Of a stretch of DNA of 32,000 bases, positions 7,707-14,702 are shown piece by piece. Both the position numbers and the translations under genes were made by a program. The stretch is from Candidatus Nanoarchaeia archaeon (GTDB lineage: Archaea > Nanobdellota > Nanobdellia > SCGC-AAA011-G17 > JACPNG01). Position 1 is the stretch's first letter. Every line of letters starts with the position of its first letter. The notes below the pieces were generated by a model. The model ran no database searches. It was not told where the DNA came from and saw only the letters and a program-made list of their open reading frames with translations. Location of the stretch: the NCBI GenBank assembly GCA_028714375.1, contig JAQTMK010000001.1, positions 316,835-348,834 on the forward strand, written 5' to 3'.

Positions 7707-7948
7707 TTGTTGAATATAAAAAAGACTTTCTCAATGAAATTAAAAAAATAAAAGATACTGGTTTTAAAGAAAAAGTAAAGAAACATATTGAAAAAATTTT
7801 AGAAAATCCTGAGATTGGTAAACCAATGATGTATACCAGGAAAGGCACAAGAGAAGTTTATATTTCTCCCTATCGGTTAGCCTATTCTTATCTACCTTCT
7901 GAAAATAAACTAATATTTCTAGAACTTTACCATAAAGATAAACAATGA
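7700..7948 (+). CDS. RelE/ParE-family type II toxin (putative mRNA interferase)
   Basis: 82 aa, basic. It has ...GKPM...R..Y.SPYRLAYSY...LIFLELYHKDK RelE/ParE-like topology and a 7-nt overlap with the antitoxin. Confidence 0.72.
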   Translation: MLIVEYKKDFLNEIKKIKDTGFKEKVKKHIEKILENPEIGKPMMYTRKGTREVYISPYRLAYSYLPSENKLIFLELYHKDKQ

Positions 7949-7959
7949 ATACCATAAAG

Positions 7960-7967
7960 TTTAAAAA
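7960..7967 (+). promoter_or_regulatory. TATA box (TTTAAAAA) for tRNA-Ser(GGA)
   Basis: It ends 25 nt before tRNA position 1. The same box and the same CTCA(CA)ATCCTATT leader occur before the second tRNA-Ser. Confidence 0.6.
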
Positions 7968-7992
7968 ACTGAGAAATGTCCTCAATCCTATT

Positions 7993-8075
7993 GCCGAGAT
8001 CGCATAACCTGGTATTGCACAGGCCTGGAAAGCCTGGCCTGCAAAGGCGTCAGGGTTCAAATCCCTGTCTCGGCG
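7993..8075 (+). tRNA. tRNA-Ser (anticodon GGA), type II with long variable arm
   Basis: Hand fold: acceptor GCCGAGA/TCTCGGC, D stem GCA/TGC, anticodon stem CAGGC/GCCTG with loop CTGGAAA, variable arm GCCT-GCAA-AGGC, T arm CAGGG-TTCAAAT-CCCTG, discriminator G. No encoded CCA. Confidence 0.9.
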
Positions 8076-8085
8076 TATTCCCAAC

Positions 8086-8634
8086 ATGGTCATTAAAATT
8101 ACCTACTTTGTTCATGGAACTACTCTAGATAATGAAAAAGAAGTATCTTCTGGGTGGAATAATACGGACCTTTCTGGAGTGGGTATTCAACAATCAATTG
8201 AATTATGGGACAAAGTTAAGGATAAAAATTTTGATGTTGTGTTCTGCTCTGATTTAAAACGAGCTACACATTCTGCTGAATTAACTTTTAAAGGCAAAGT
8301 AAAAATAGTTAAAGATAAAAGATTAAGAGAATGTAATTATGGTAGATATAATGCGCAGCCTTCAAAAATTGTTGAACCAATGCAAGAAAAAAATATAACC
8401 AAAAGATTTCCAGAGGGAGAAAGCTACGAGGATGTTAAGAAAAAGATAAATAATTTCCTTAATTTTTTAAAGAAAGATTATTCCGGAAAAAATATAGCAA
8501 TTGTTTCACATAAAGCTCCGCAACTTGCCTTAGATGTTTTACTTAAAGGAAAAACTTGGGAGCAAGCCTTTAAGGAAGATTGGAGAAAAAAGAAGGCTTG
8601 GCAACCAGGATGGGAATATACCCTTAAAGGTTAA
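8086..8634 (+). CDS. Histidine phosphatase superfamily protein (PGM-like), RHG motif replaced by VHG
   Basis: YFVHGTT near the N-terminus, SDLKRATHSAE, and a second His in IVSHKAP. The ATG starts only 10 nt after the tRNA-Ser 3' end. Confidence 0.75.
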   Translation: MVIKITYFVHGTTLDNEKEVSSGWNNTDLSGVGIQQSIELWDKVKDKNFDVVFCSDLKRATHSAELTFKGKVKIVKDKRLRECNYGRYNAQPSKIVEPMQEKNITKRFPEGESYEDVKKKINNFLNFLKKDYSGKNIAIVSHKAPQLALDVLLKGKTWEQAFKEDWRKKKAWQPGWEYTLKG

Positions 8635-8637
8635 AAA

Positions 8638-9282
8638 ATGATAAAAGCAGTAATATTTGATTTTGATGGAGTATTAGTTGACTCCTTTGAATCAGTATAT
8701 CAATTCTACAAACAAACCTACAGAAAGGGAAATCATAAATTTCCTTACAAAAATGCAGAACATTTTAAAAAAACATATAACCATAATTATAGGGAATATC
8801 TCTACAATATTGGAATGAGTGATAAAGAGATTGATGAAATTGCAGTTCCTGAATATATTAATTTTATGAACAATTATGATATTAAGTTTAAAGAGGGAAT
8901 GGCCCAAGTTATCAGTGAGCTATCTAAAGATAAAAAATTGGCGATAGCTTCAACAAGTTACACACAAATCCTTAAAAATAAATTAGATAAATATCAGGTT
9001 TTACACTTATTTGAACATTTAGTTGGAGGAGATCTAGTAAAAAATAAAAAACCTCATCCAGAATCTCTTGAACTATGTCTCGAAAAATTGAAAATATCCC
9101 CAAAAGAAGCAGTTTATATTGGGGATATGGCTGAAGATATACATGCTGCTAGGGCTGCAAAAATGAAAGTTATTGCAGTAACCTACGGATGGCATACAAG
9201 AAAAAAACTTGAAGAACTAAATCCTGATTTTATCATTGATAAACCAGAAGAGATTTTGACAATAGTTAATAATCTTCCCTGA
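8638..9282 (+). CDS. HAD-superfamily hydrolase (phosphoglycolate phosphatase-like, subfamily IA)
   Basis: Motif I VIFDFDGVLVDS, motif II ASTS, and motif III/IV K...GDMAEDI. Confidence 0.85.
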   Translation: MIKAVIFDFDGVLVDSFESVYQFYKQTYRKGNHKFPYKNAEHFKKTYNHNYREYLYNIGMSDKEIDEIAVPEYINFMNNYDIKFKEGMAQVISELSKDKKLAIASTSYTQILKNKLDKYQVLHLFEHLVGGDLVKNKKPHPESLELCLEKLKISPKEAVYIGDMAEDIHAARAAKMKVIAVTYGWHTRKKLEELNPDFIIDKPEEILTIVNNLP

Positions 9283-9326
9283 GGATAAATCAATAATTAT
9301 AAATATTAGAGATTTATCTTAATTTT

Positions 9327-9812
9327 ATGGAAATTTTGGTTAGAGAAATGAAAGAAAGAGATATTCTCTCTATTTCTAAACTTCATCAAGAATGTTTTCC
9401 TACAGATTATATTTCTAAAAAAGACTCATTAACATGGATTAAAGGTAATTATAAAGCAAACCCCAGATTTGTATATTATGTTGCAGAGAACAATAAAAAA
9501 ATTGTTGGGTATATTCTATGGATAGAATTAGGAGGATTTAGGAAAGAAGCAGTAATCGAGCTTGAACAAATTGGAATCTCTGAGAAAATGCGTGGGAAAG
9601 GAGTTGGAACAATCTTAATTAAAAAAAGTATAAAACAATTTATTAACAGATATATAAGACCTAGAAAAATAGAACTTATAAAAATCACAACAAGTAATAA
9701 AAATCAGGCACAGAAACTCTATAAGAAGGTATTAGGTGCTGAACCTGAATGTGTAATGAGGGGAATATTTGGCGGGGATGAACTTATAATGTTCACAAGA
9801 AAATATAACTAA
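9327..9812 (+). CDS. GNAT-family N-acetyltransferase
   Basis: Acetyl-CoA motif A in IGISEKMRGKGVGTILIKK. Own TATA-like box ATTATAAA at 9296-9303, 23 nt before the ATG. Confidence 0.8.
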   Translation: MEILVREMKERDILSISKLHQECFPTDYISKKDSLTWIKGNYKANPRFVYYVAENNKKIVGYILWIELGGFRKEAVIELEQIGISEKMRGKGVGTILIKKSIKQFINRYIRPRKIELIKITTSNKNQAQKLYKKVLGAEPECVMRGIFGGDELIMFTRKYN

Positions 9813-9823
9813 CTAAAACAAAC

Positions 9824-9831
9824 TTTAAAAA
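9824..9831 (+). promoter_or_regulatory. TATA box (TTTAAAAA) for tRNA-Ser(CGA)
   Basis: It ends 24 nt before tRNA position 1. The leader is conserved with that of the first tRNA-Ser. Confidence 0.6.
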
Positions 9832-9855
9832 TAAAAGAATTCTCACAATCCTATT

Positions 9856-9939
9856 GCCGAGGTCGCATAACCTGGTATTGCGCAAGTCTCGAAAACTTGT
9901 TTCCGAAAGGATATCTAGGTTCAAATCCTAGCCTCGGCG
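9856..9939 (+). tRNA. tRNA-Ser (anticodon CGA), type II
   Basis: Acceptor GCCGAGG/CCTCGGC, anticodon stem CAAGT/ACTTG with loop CTCGAAA, long variable arm, T arm CTAGG-TTCAAAT-CCTAG, discriminator G, followed directly by TTTTTT. Confidence 0.9.
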
Positions 9940-9954
9940 TTTTTTAGAATAATC

Positions 9955-10025
9955 TGCGCCAGCCGGGAATTGAACCCGGTTCTAAAGCTTGGGAAGCTCT
10001 CATACTACCGGTATACTACTAGCGC
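9955..10025 (-). tRNA. tRNA-Gly (anticodon CCC)
   Basis: The reverse complement folds as acceptor GCGCTAG/CTGGCGC, anticodon stem AGAGC/GCTTT with loop TTCCCAA, T arm CCGGG-TTCAATT-CCCGG, discriminator A. 71 nt, no CCA. Confidence 0.9.
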
Positions 10026-10447
10026 ATAAGTTTTTTATTAACAATTCTTAAACAATTTCTTTGATTAGGAAAAGTAAGTAATTTTAATGCTTTTTCATAC
10101 TCTAACCATCTATATCCAGAATGTTCTTTTCTGTCAATCTTTACTTTTTTGTTTTTAATCTCAGCAGCAAATAAGGAATATTCTTGTCCAATAAATTCAG
10201 GTCTGTCTCTTAAGAGTTTTGGATATTTATATTTCCCAGTTTTATTAAATCTTAAAATTTTAACAGCTTTTTGTCCAGTCTCTTCAAACAATTCTCTTTT
10301 TAATCCATTCAGAATTGTTTCATTTTTTTCCAATCCACCTTTAGAAAACTCATAGCCCCTCCAATGCAGTTTTCTTCTGAAAATTAAATACTTAATCCCA
10401 TTATCTTTAAGATAGGTTACAATAAAGATTGCTTTTCTGTATTTCAT
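10019..10447 (-). CDS. NUDIX hydrolase
   Basis: Nudix box GGLEKNETILNGLKRELFEETG (Gx5Ex7REUxEExGU). The last two codons and the TAG stop lie inside the tRNA-Gly acceptor stem. Confidence 0.85.
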   Translation of the reverse strand: MKYRKAIFIVTYLKDNGIKYLIFRRKLHWRGYEFSKGGLEKNETILNGLKRELFEETGQKAVKILRFNKTGKYKYPKLLRDRPEFIGQEYSLFAAEIKNKKVKIDRKEHSGYRWLEYEKALKLLTFPNQRNCLRIVNKKLMR

Positions 10448-10448
10448 C

Positions 10449-11027
10449 TTAAACTTTTATTTTGTAAACAAAAACCTTATCGTAAGGAATAAACCACTTG
10501 ACAGTTTCCTTAACAGAAGCATCTTCCATTATCTTCCTAAACAGTCTTATAGAATTACCATGAGCAGAAATTGCAACATTGACTTTATTTTTCTTGATAT
10601 ACTTAGTTAAATCTTCAATAAAAGGTTTAATTCTTTTTTCCACATCTTTGAATGACTCTCCGCCAGGGGGATGAATATCATAAGCTCTGTGCCATATATC
10701 AAATTGTTGCTGTCCATATTTTCTTATAACAGTCTTATGGAATTTCCCTTCTAGTCTTCCATATCTTCTTTCAATTAATCGGTCATCTGTAATTATTTTT
10801 TTGCATTCAGGATGGGATTTAAGAACATATTTTAAGGTGTCTTTGGATCTTGACAAAGTAGTCTGGAAAGCAACCTGAAATTTCTTACCTTTTAGTTGTT
10901 CAGCAATAATCTTGGCCTGTTTTATTCCTTTGAAAGTTAATCTGGAATCTTTCCAGCCAGTAAAAATCTTGTATCTATTAAAATAAGTTTCTCCATGCCT
11001 GAATAGATATATATGATAGTACACCAT
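10449..11027 (-). CDS. Histidine phosphatase / 2,3-BPG-dependent phosphoglycerate mutase-like protein
   Basis: LFRHGETYFN catalytic motif, LSRSKDT, and SAHGNSIR second-His motif. Its stop is adjacent to the NUDIX start. Confidence 0.85.
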   Translation of the reverse strand: MVYYHIYLFRHGETYFNRYKIFTGWKDSRLTFKGIKQAKIIAEQLKGKKFQVAFQTTLSRSKDTLKYVLKSHPECKKIITDDRLIERRYGRLEGKFHKTVIRKYGQQQFDIWHRAYDIHPPGGESFKDVEKRIKPFIEDLTKYIKKNKVNVAISAHGNSIRLFRKIMEDASVKETVKWFIPYDKVFVYKIKV

Positions 11028-11106
11028 CTTTTATATTCTGATTATCATTTAGTTTAAATATCTTTCTAACCCAAACTTTTTTAAGCAGCTAAAGTATTAT
11101 AATTCT

Positions 11107-11328
11107 ATGAAAGTTAATGATAGATTCAGAGCAAGGTATACAAACATAAAACCATTAAAATCCGCATTGATAACCGCAGTAGTATATTTTATTGTATTTT
11201 CACTTATAGATTTTATAATTTATGACAGATTTTTAATTTTAAATTATTTGGTTGGAGCAGTTATGTTCTTCATAGTTTACTTTATCCTGATAACAGTCTT
11301 GCATAAAATTGCTAAAAAAGCTAAATAA
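11107..11328 (+). CDS. Small hypothetical membrane protein
   Basis: 73-aa ORF with two hydrophobic helices and no recognised motif. Confidence 0.4.
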   Translation: MKVNDRFRARYTNIKPLKSALITAVVYFIVFSLIDFIIYDRFLILNYLVGAVMFFIVYFILITVLHKIAKKAK

Positions 11329-11461
11329 CTAATCCTTGACAGGATGTACAAACATTTTTTTGTCTATTATAACAATTATTGCAGACCAGTCTCCCACATC
11401 GTCTGCAGGTTAGATTTCCGATTTTCTTTTCACAAATTTCACAAATCTTTCTGATTTGCAT
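11321..11461 (-). CDS. Eight-cysteine zinc-finger mini-protein (46 aa), below ORF-track size cutoff
   Basis: Hand translation is MQIRKICEICEKKIGNLTCRRCGRLVCNNCYNRQKNVCTSCQGLVI, giving four CxxC pairs. A TATA-like ATATATAG at 11484-11491 sits about 23 nt upstream of the ATG (leaderless spacing). TAG stop is at 11323-11321. Confidence 0.5.
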   Translation of the reverse strand: MQIRKICEICEKKIGNLTCRRCGRLVCNNCYNRQKNVCTSCQGLVI

Positions 11462-11516
11462 ACAAAATTAGATATTTCAAAGAATATATAGTTTTCTAAA
11501 AATAAAAAAGAAAAAA

Positions 11517-12173
11517 TCAAAATCTTCTTTTGATTTTCTTTAGATATTCTTTTGCTTCTTCCTTGGATCCTAAACCAAAGCTTAAACCAATTGCCAGTGC
11601 AATTCCAAATCCAGCTGCAGCAACTAAAACAATCAGGATGGTTTCTAATAGAGAAACATCAACTCCAATCTGGTTTAATGCAAGTATTACTGCTATGGCA
11701 ATTATTACTATCTTTAATATATTCCCCAAAGAAGCAGTTCCTTTTATGTCAGAGTTTTCTACAATTTTCTGGTTAACTACCTGTGCGACTATCAATCCGA
11801 TAAATAGGATAATAACTGCAGCAACCAAGTTTGGCAGCCAGAATACAAACTGATTTAAGATGAGTGATAATCCTCCTAAATCTAAAACATCTGCTCCTGC
11901 CTGAAGAAATATTATAAATATATACCATTTAACAATTTCCCCAACAACAGAAGATAATTTGAACTTGCCTATTGCTTTGTAAATCTCTGCTTTTTCAACT
12001 CTTTTGTCTACTCCAATCTTGACAAGCAAGAGTTTAATACCATATCCAATAAGGTAAGCAATCAGATATCCGATTAGTAAGATAATTAGCGCTAAGATAA
12101 TCCCTGGAAAAACTCCAACAAACCCATTCCATAATTCAAGGAAAGGATTCAATAGTTCACTACCTGATATCAA
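11517..12173 (-). CDS. Membrane protein with repeated conserved-TM-helix segments (MscS-N-terminal-like)
   Basis: The pattern FPGIILALIILLIGYLIAYLIG / LPNLVAAVIILFIGLIVAQVV recurs, resembling the TM_helix repeat found in mechanosensitive-channel relatives. No MscS beta domain is present. Confidence 0.55.
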   Translation of the reverse strand: MISGSELLNPFLELWNGFVGVFPGIILALIILLIGYLIAYLIGYGIKLLLVKIGVDKRVEKAEIYKAIGKFKLSSVVGEIVKWYIFIIFLQAGADVLDLGGLSLILNQFVFWLPNLVAAVIILFIGLIVAQVVNQKIVENSDIKGTASLGNILKIVIIAIAVILALNQIGVDVSLLETILIVLVAAAGFGIALAIGLSFGLGSKEEAKEYLKKIKRRF

Positions 12174-12268
12174 CTATCCCACCCCCTTTGCTATTTATAA
12201 AACTTTTATATTTAAATAACTTATTATCTAGAGAAAACTATATATATGTTAGATTTGATAGATTTACT

Positions 12269-12715
12269 ATGCAAGAATCATTTTTTTTGATGATAATAAC
12301 TTCTATTAGTCTGATAATGGGTTATTTTATAGCTTATTTATCAAGAGACGAGATTAAATCTGCTAAAAAATATTTCTTGATACTTAAAAAAATAACAATA
12401 CTGATAATTATTTTAGTATCAGCATATTTTTTCCTGGATATTTATTTTTTTATTGGGATAGTTTTGGGATTTTTACTTAAGGAAACCTGGCCTTATTTGG
12501 GAATAATATTCAGCTCTTCATTGTTGTTTGAAAATAATTTTTTATTCTCAAGTCTAATATTTATAACAGGAATCTTCTCAGGAATACTTGAATACAAAAA
12601 CTTTAGGAGAATAATCTTAAATTTAATTTTATTTTTAATACCAATAGTTTTATATTTCTTTAATATTAATTTAATATCATTGGCAGCAGGAGCGCTTATC
12701 TGGAGTTTAAAATGA
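12269..12715 (+). CDS. Hypothetical polytopic membrane protein (first gene of the dph5 operon)
   Basis: The track ORF starts at TTG 12188, but TTTATAAA lies at 12193-12200 inside it. The first in-frame ATG downstream of the box is 12269 (MQESFFLMII...). The stop overlaps the dph5 start (ATGA). Confidence 0.5.
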   Translation: MQESFFLMIITSISLIMGYFIAYLSRDEIKSAKKYFLILKKITILIIILVSAYFFLDIYFFIGIVLGFLLKETWPYLGIIFSSSLLFENNFLFSSLIFITGIFSGILEYKNFRRIILNLILFLIPIVLYFFNINLISLAAGALIWSLK

Positions 12716-13452
12716 GTTTAAGTTTAATCAGTTTGGGGTTGTATGATTTAAGGGATATAAGCAAAAAAGCTTTGGACGAGGCAAGAACTTGTGATATGTT
12801 ATATTTTGAAGATTACACTAGTTATTACAATAATTCCCTTGAAGAAATAGAAAGGGCAATAGGAAAAGTCATAGAAAGAGTAACAAGAGAGGGTGTTGAA
12901 AATAATTCAGATAAGATTATTAGGGAAGCAAAATCAAACAAAGTTGGAATTTTGGTCATAGGAGATGCTTTATCAGCAACAACACATTCTTCTTTGTTAT
13001 TAGAAGCCAAAAAAAATAAAATAATAATTAAGGTAATACATGGTTCTTCAGTACTGACTGCAATTGGCGAGACCGGTTTATTTTTGTATAATTTCGGGAA
13101 AATAACTTCAATTCCTTTTGAAAACAAAGAAATCTATGAACCCTATGAAGTTATTAAAAGAAATAAACCATTGCATACTCTGCTTTTGCTTGATTTGAAA
13201 GATGGAAAATATATGAATGTTCATGAAGCAATGGAGTATTTGTTAAGAGTTGAAAAAGAAAGAAAAGAAGGCCTGTTCACAGAAGATACTCTATGTGTTG
13301 TTTGCTGTGCTTTGGGTTCAGATACGTCTGAGATTAAATCTGGGAAAGTAAAAGACTTACTGAAAAAACACTTTGTCCAAAAACCACAATGTCTTATTGT
13401 TCCCGGAAAAATGCATTTCCATGAAGAAGAATTCTTGGAAACTTTAAAATGA
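12712..13452 (+). CDS. dph5: Diphthine synthase (EF-2 diphthamide pathway methyltransferase)
   Basis: LISLGLYDLRDISKKALDEARTCD N-terminus, GDALSATTHSSLLLEAK, and VIHGSS. This is the tetrapyrrole-methylase fold pattern typical of Dph5. Confidence 0.9.
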   Translation: MSLSLISLGLYDLRDISKKALDEARTCDMLYFEDYTSYYNNSLEEIERAIGKVIERVTREGVENNSDKIIREAKSNKVGILVIGDALSATTHSSLLLEAKKNKIIIKVIHGSSVLTAIGETGLFLYNFGKITSIPFENKEIYEPYEVIKRNKPLHTLLLLDLKDGKYMNVHEAMEYLLRVEKERKEGLFTEDTLCVVCCALGSDTSEIKSGKVKDLLKKHFVQKPQCLIVPGKMHFHEEEFLETLK

Positions 13453-13826
13453 AAAAGAGAAACTGGCAAAATGAAAAGATTGTAAGTATAGATTTTGATG
13501 GAGTCATTTCTTACTATACGGGTTGGGAAGGAACAAAGGTTTTGGGAGCTCCAATTAAAGGAGCAAAAGAATTTGTTAAGTCCCTTATCAAAAAAGGATT
13601 TACCCCAGTTATTTGGAGTACCAGGAATAAAAAACAAATTAAAGAATGGCTTAAGGAAAATAATTTTCCAGCTATAGAAATTACTAATAAAAAATATCCA
13701 TCTGTAGTCTATATCGATGATCGTTGTGTACAATTTAATGGAAATTTTAGTGACTTAACCAAATCTTTAAAGAAATATGATATTTATTGGAGAAAAAAAC
13801 CTAAAAAAATTTTTGAGGATTTTTAA
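13449..13826 (+). CDS. Minimal cap-less HAD-type phosphatase
   Basis: Motif I SIDFDGVIS, motif II WSTR, basic KK, and motif IV YIDDR, in only 125 aa with no cap domain. The ATGA overlaps the dph5 stop. Confidence 0.65.
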   Translation: MKKRNWQNEKIVSIDFDGVISYYTGWEGTKVLGAPIKGAKEFVKSLIKKGFTPVIWSTRNKKQIKEWLKENNFPAIEITNKKYPSVVYIDDRCVQFNGNFSDLTKSLKKYDIYWRKKPKKIFEDF

Positions 13827-13827
13827 A

Positions 13828-14361
13828 ATGAAATTGATATTTATATATGGCGCACCCGCATCAGGAAAATTAACGATAGCCAAAGAGATATCTAAGGTTA
13901 CAGGATATAAAATATTTCATAATCATTTAACCTTAGATTTCCTTGATGAAATTTTTGGGGAAAATAAAAAGGGATTTTGGGAAGCAGTAGATGAAATAAG
14001 ATTAACAGTTTTTGAAAAAGCGGCCAGATCTAAGATAAAAGGACTGATATTTACCTATGGAAGCATCAATCATAATAATTTTGAGTTCTTAAAAAAGGTA
14101 ATAGAAAGAATTGAAAAGTACAAAGGGAAAGTTTGCTTGGTTAATACCAAATGTTCTGAAAAAGAACTTTTGAAAAGGATAAAAAGTAAATCAAGAAAAG
14201 AATATAACAAGTTAAAAAATTCAAAAGAATTGAGAAAAATTTTATTAACATGGGACTTTGAAACAAAAATTCCATCCAAAAAAACTTTAGAAATAGACAC
14301 TGAAGTTTTATCCCCAAAACGGGCCGCTCAAAAAATAATTAAATATTATAAATTAAAATGA
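13828..14361 (+). CDS. P-loop kinase-like ATPase (AAA_33 / nucleotide-kinase-like)
   Basis: Walker A in IFIYGAPASGKLT at the N-terminus. The ATG at 13828 is 1 nt after the preceding stop. The track start at 13777 overlaps the upstream gene and is less likely. Confidence 0.7.
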   Translation: MKLIFIYGAPASGKLTIAKEISKVTGYKIFHNHLTLDFLDEIFGENKKGFWEAVDEIRLTVFEKAARSKIKGLIFTYGSINHNNFEFLKKVIERIEKYKGKVCLVNTKCSEKELLKRIKSKSRKEYNKLKNSKELRKILLTWDFETKIPSKKTLEIDTEVLSPKRAAQKIIKYYKLK

Positions 14362-14702
14362 ATATCTGTCCAAAATGCAAATCTTTAAGTGTAAAATGTT
14401 TAAACAATGTGGATTATAGGGTGGTTGCATTGGGAGCAAGCGTTGTTTTTAGATGTTTAAACTGTAAATTTGAAGGACCAATATTTCCAGAAATTAAAAC
14501 TTTAAATATCAAAGTAAAACCAAATTCAAAGAAAAATGAAATTATCTTAAAAGATGGAAACTATGAAATAAAAATAAAAGCTCCACCGGAAGATAATAAA
14601 GCTAATCTAGAACTGGTAAAATTTTTATCAAAAGAATTTAAAACAAAGATTAGAATAAAAGCTGGATTCACAGGTAAAAATAAAATTATAGAATTTAATT
14701 AA
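14358..14702 (+). CDS. Zinc-ribbon fused to DUF167 (YggU-like) domain
   Basis: N-terminal CPKC...CLNC. The C-terminal IKVKPNSKKNEI...IKIKAPPEDNKANLELVKFLSKEF...IKAGFTGKNKIIE matches the DUF167 pattern. The ATGA overlaps the kinase stop. Confidence 0.7.
   Translation: MNICPKCKSLSVKCLNNVDYRVVALGASVVFRCLNCKFEGPIFPEIKTLNIKVKPNSKKNEIILKDGNYEIKIKAPPEDNKANLELVKFLSKEFKTKIRIKAGFTGKNKIIEFN

Noticed and set aside
7764-8093. 109-aa minus-strand ORF spanning the RelE gene and tRNA-Ser.
   Set aside because: It overlaps a well-folding tRNA and the toxin CDS, so it is a chance frame.
7993-9939. The two tRNA-Ser genes as att-site duplications of an integrated element.
   Set aside because: They are complete, distinct isoacceptors (GGA versus CGA) with different anticodon, variable and T arms, each with its own promoter. 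No integrase or other mobility gene lies between them.
13221-13733. 170-aa minus-strand ORF antisense to dph5 and the HAD phosphatase. Similar antisense ORFs occur at 821-1081, 1438-1629, 8692-8907, 9476-9688, 10149-10355, 11530-11853, 11552-11776, 12825-13127, 14070-14300, 14831-15079, 15605-15820, 17209-18194, 18858-19067, 19589-19813, 20381-20566, 20722-20910, 21307-21513, 21740-22039, 31421-31621 and 7391-7672.
   Set aside because: Each is opposite a CDS with recognisable motifs or better context. Long stop-free antisense frames are expected in AT-rich DNA, and the products are F/I/L/S-rich low-complexity sequence.
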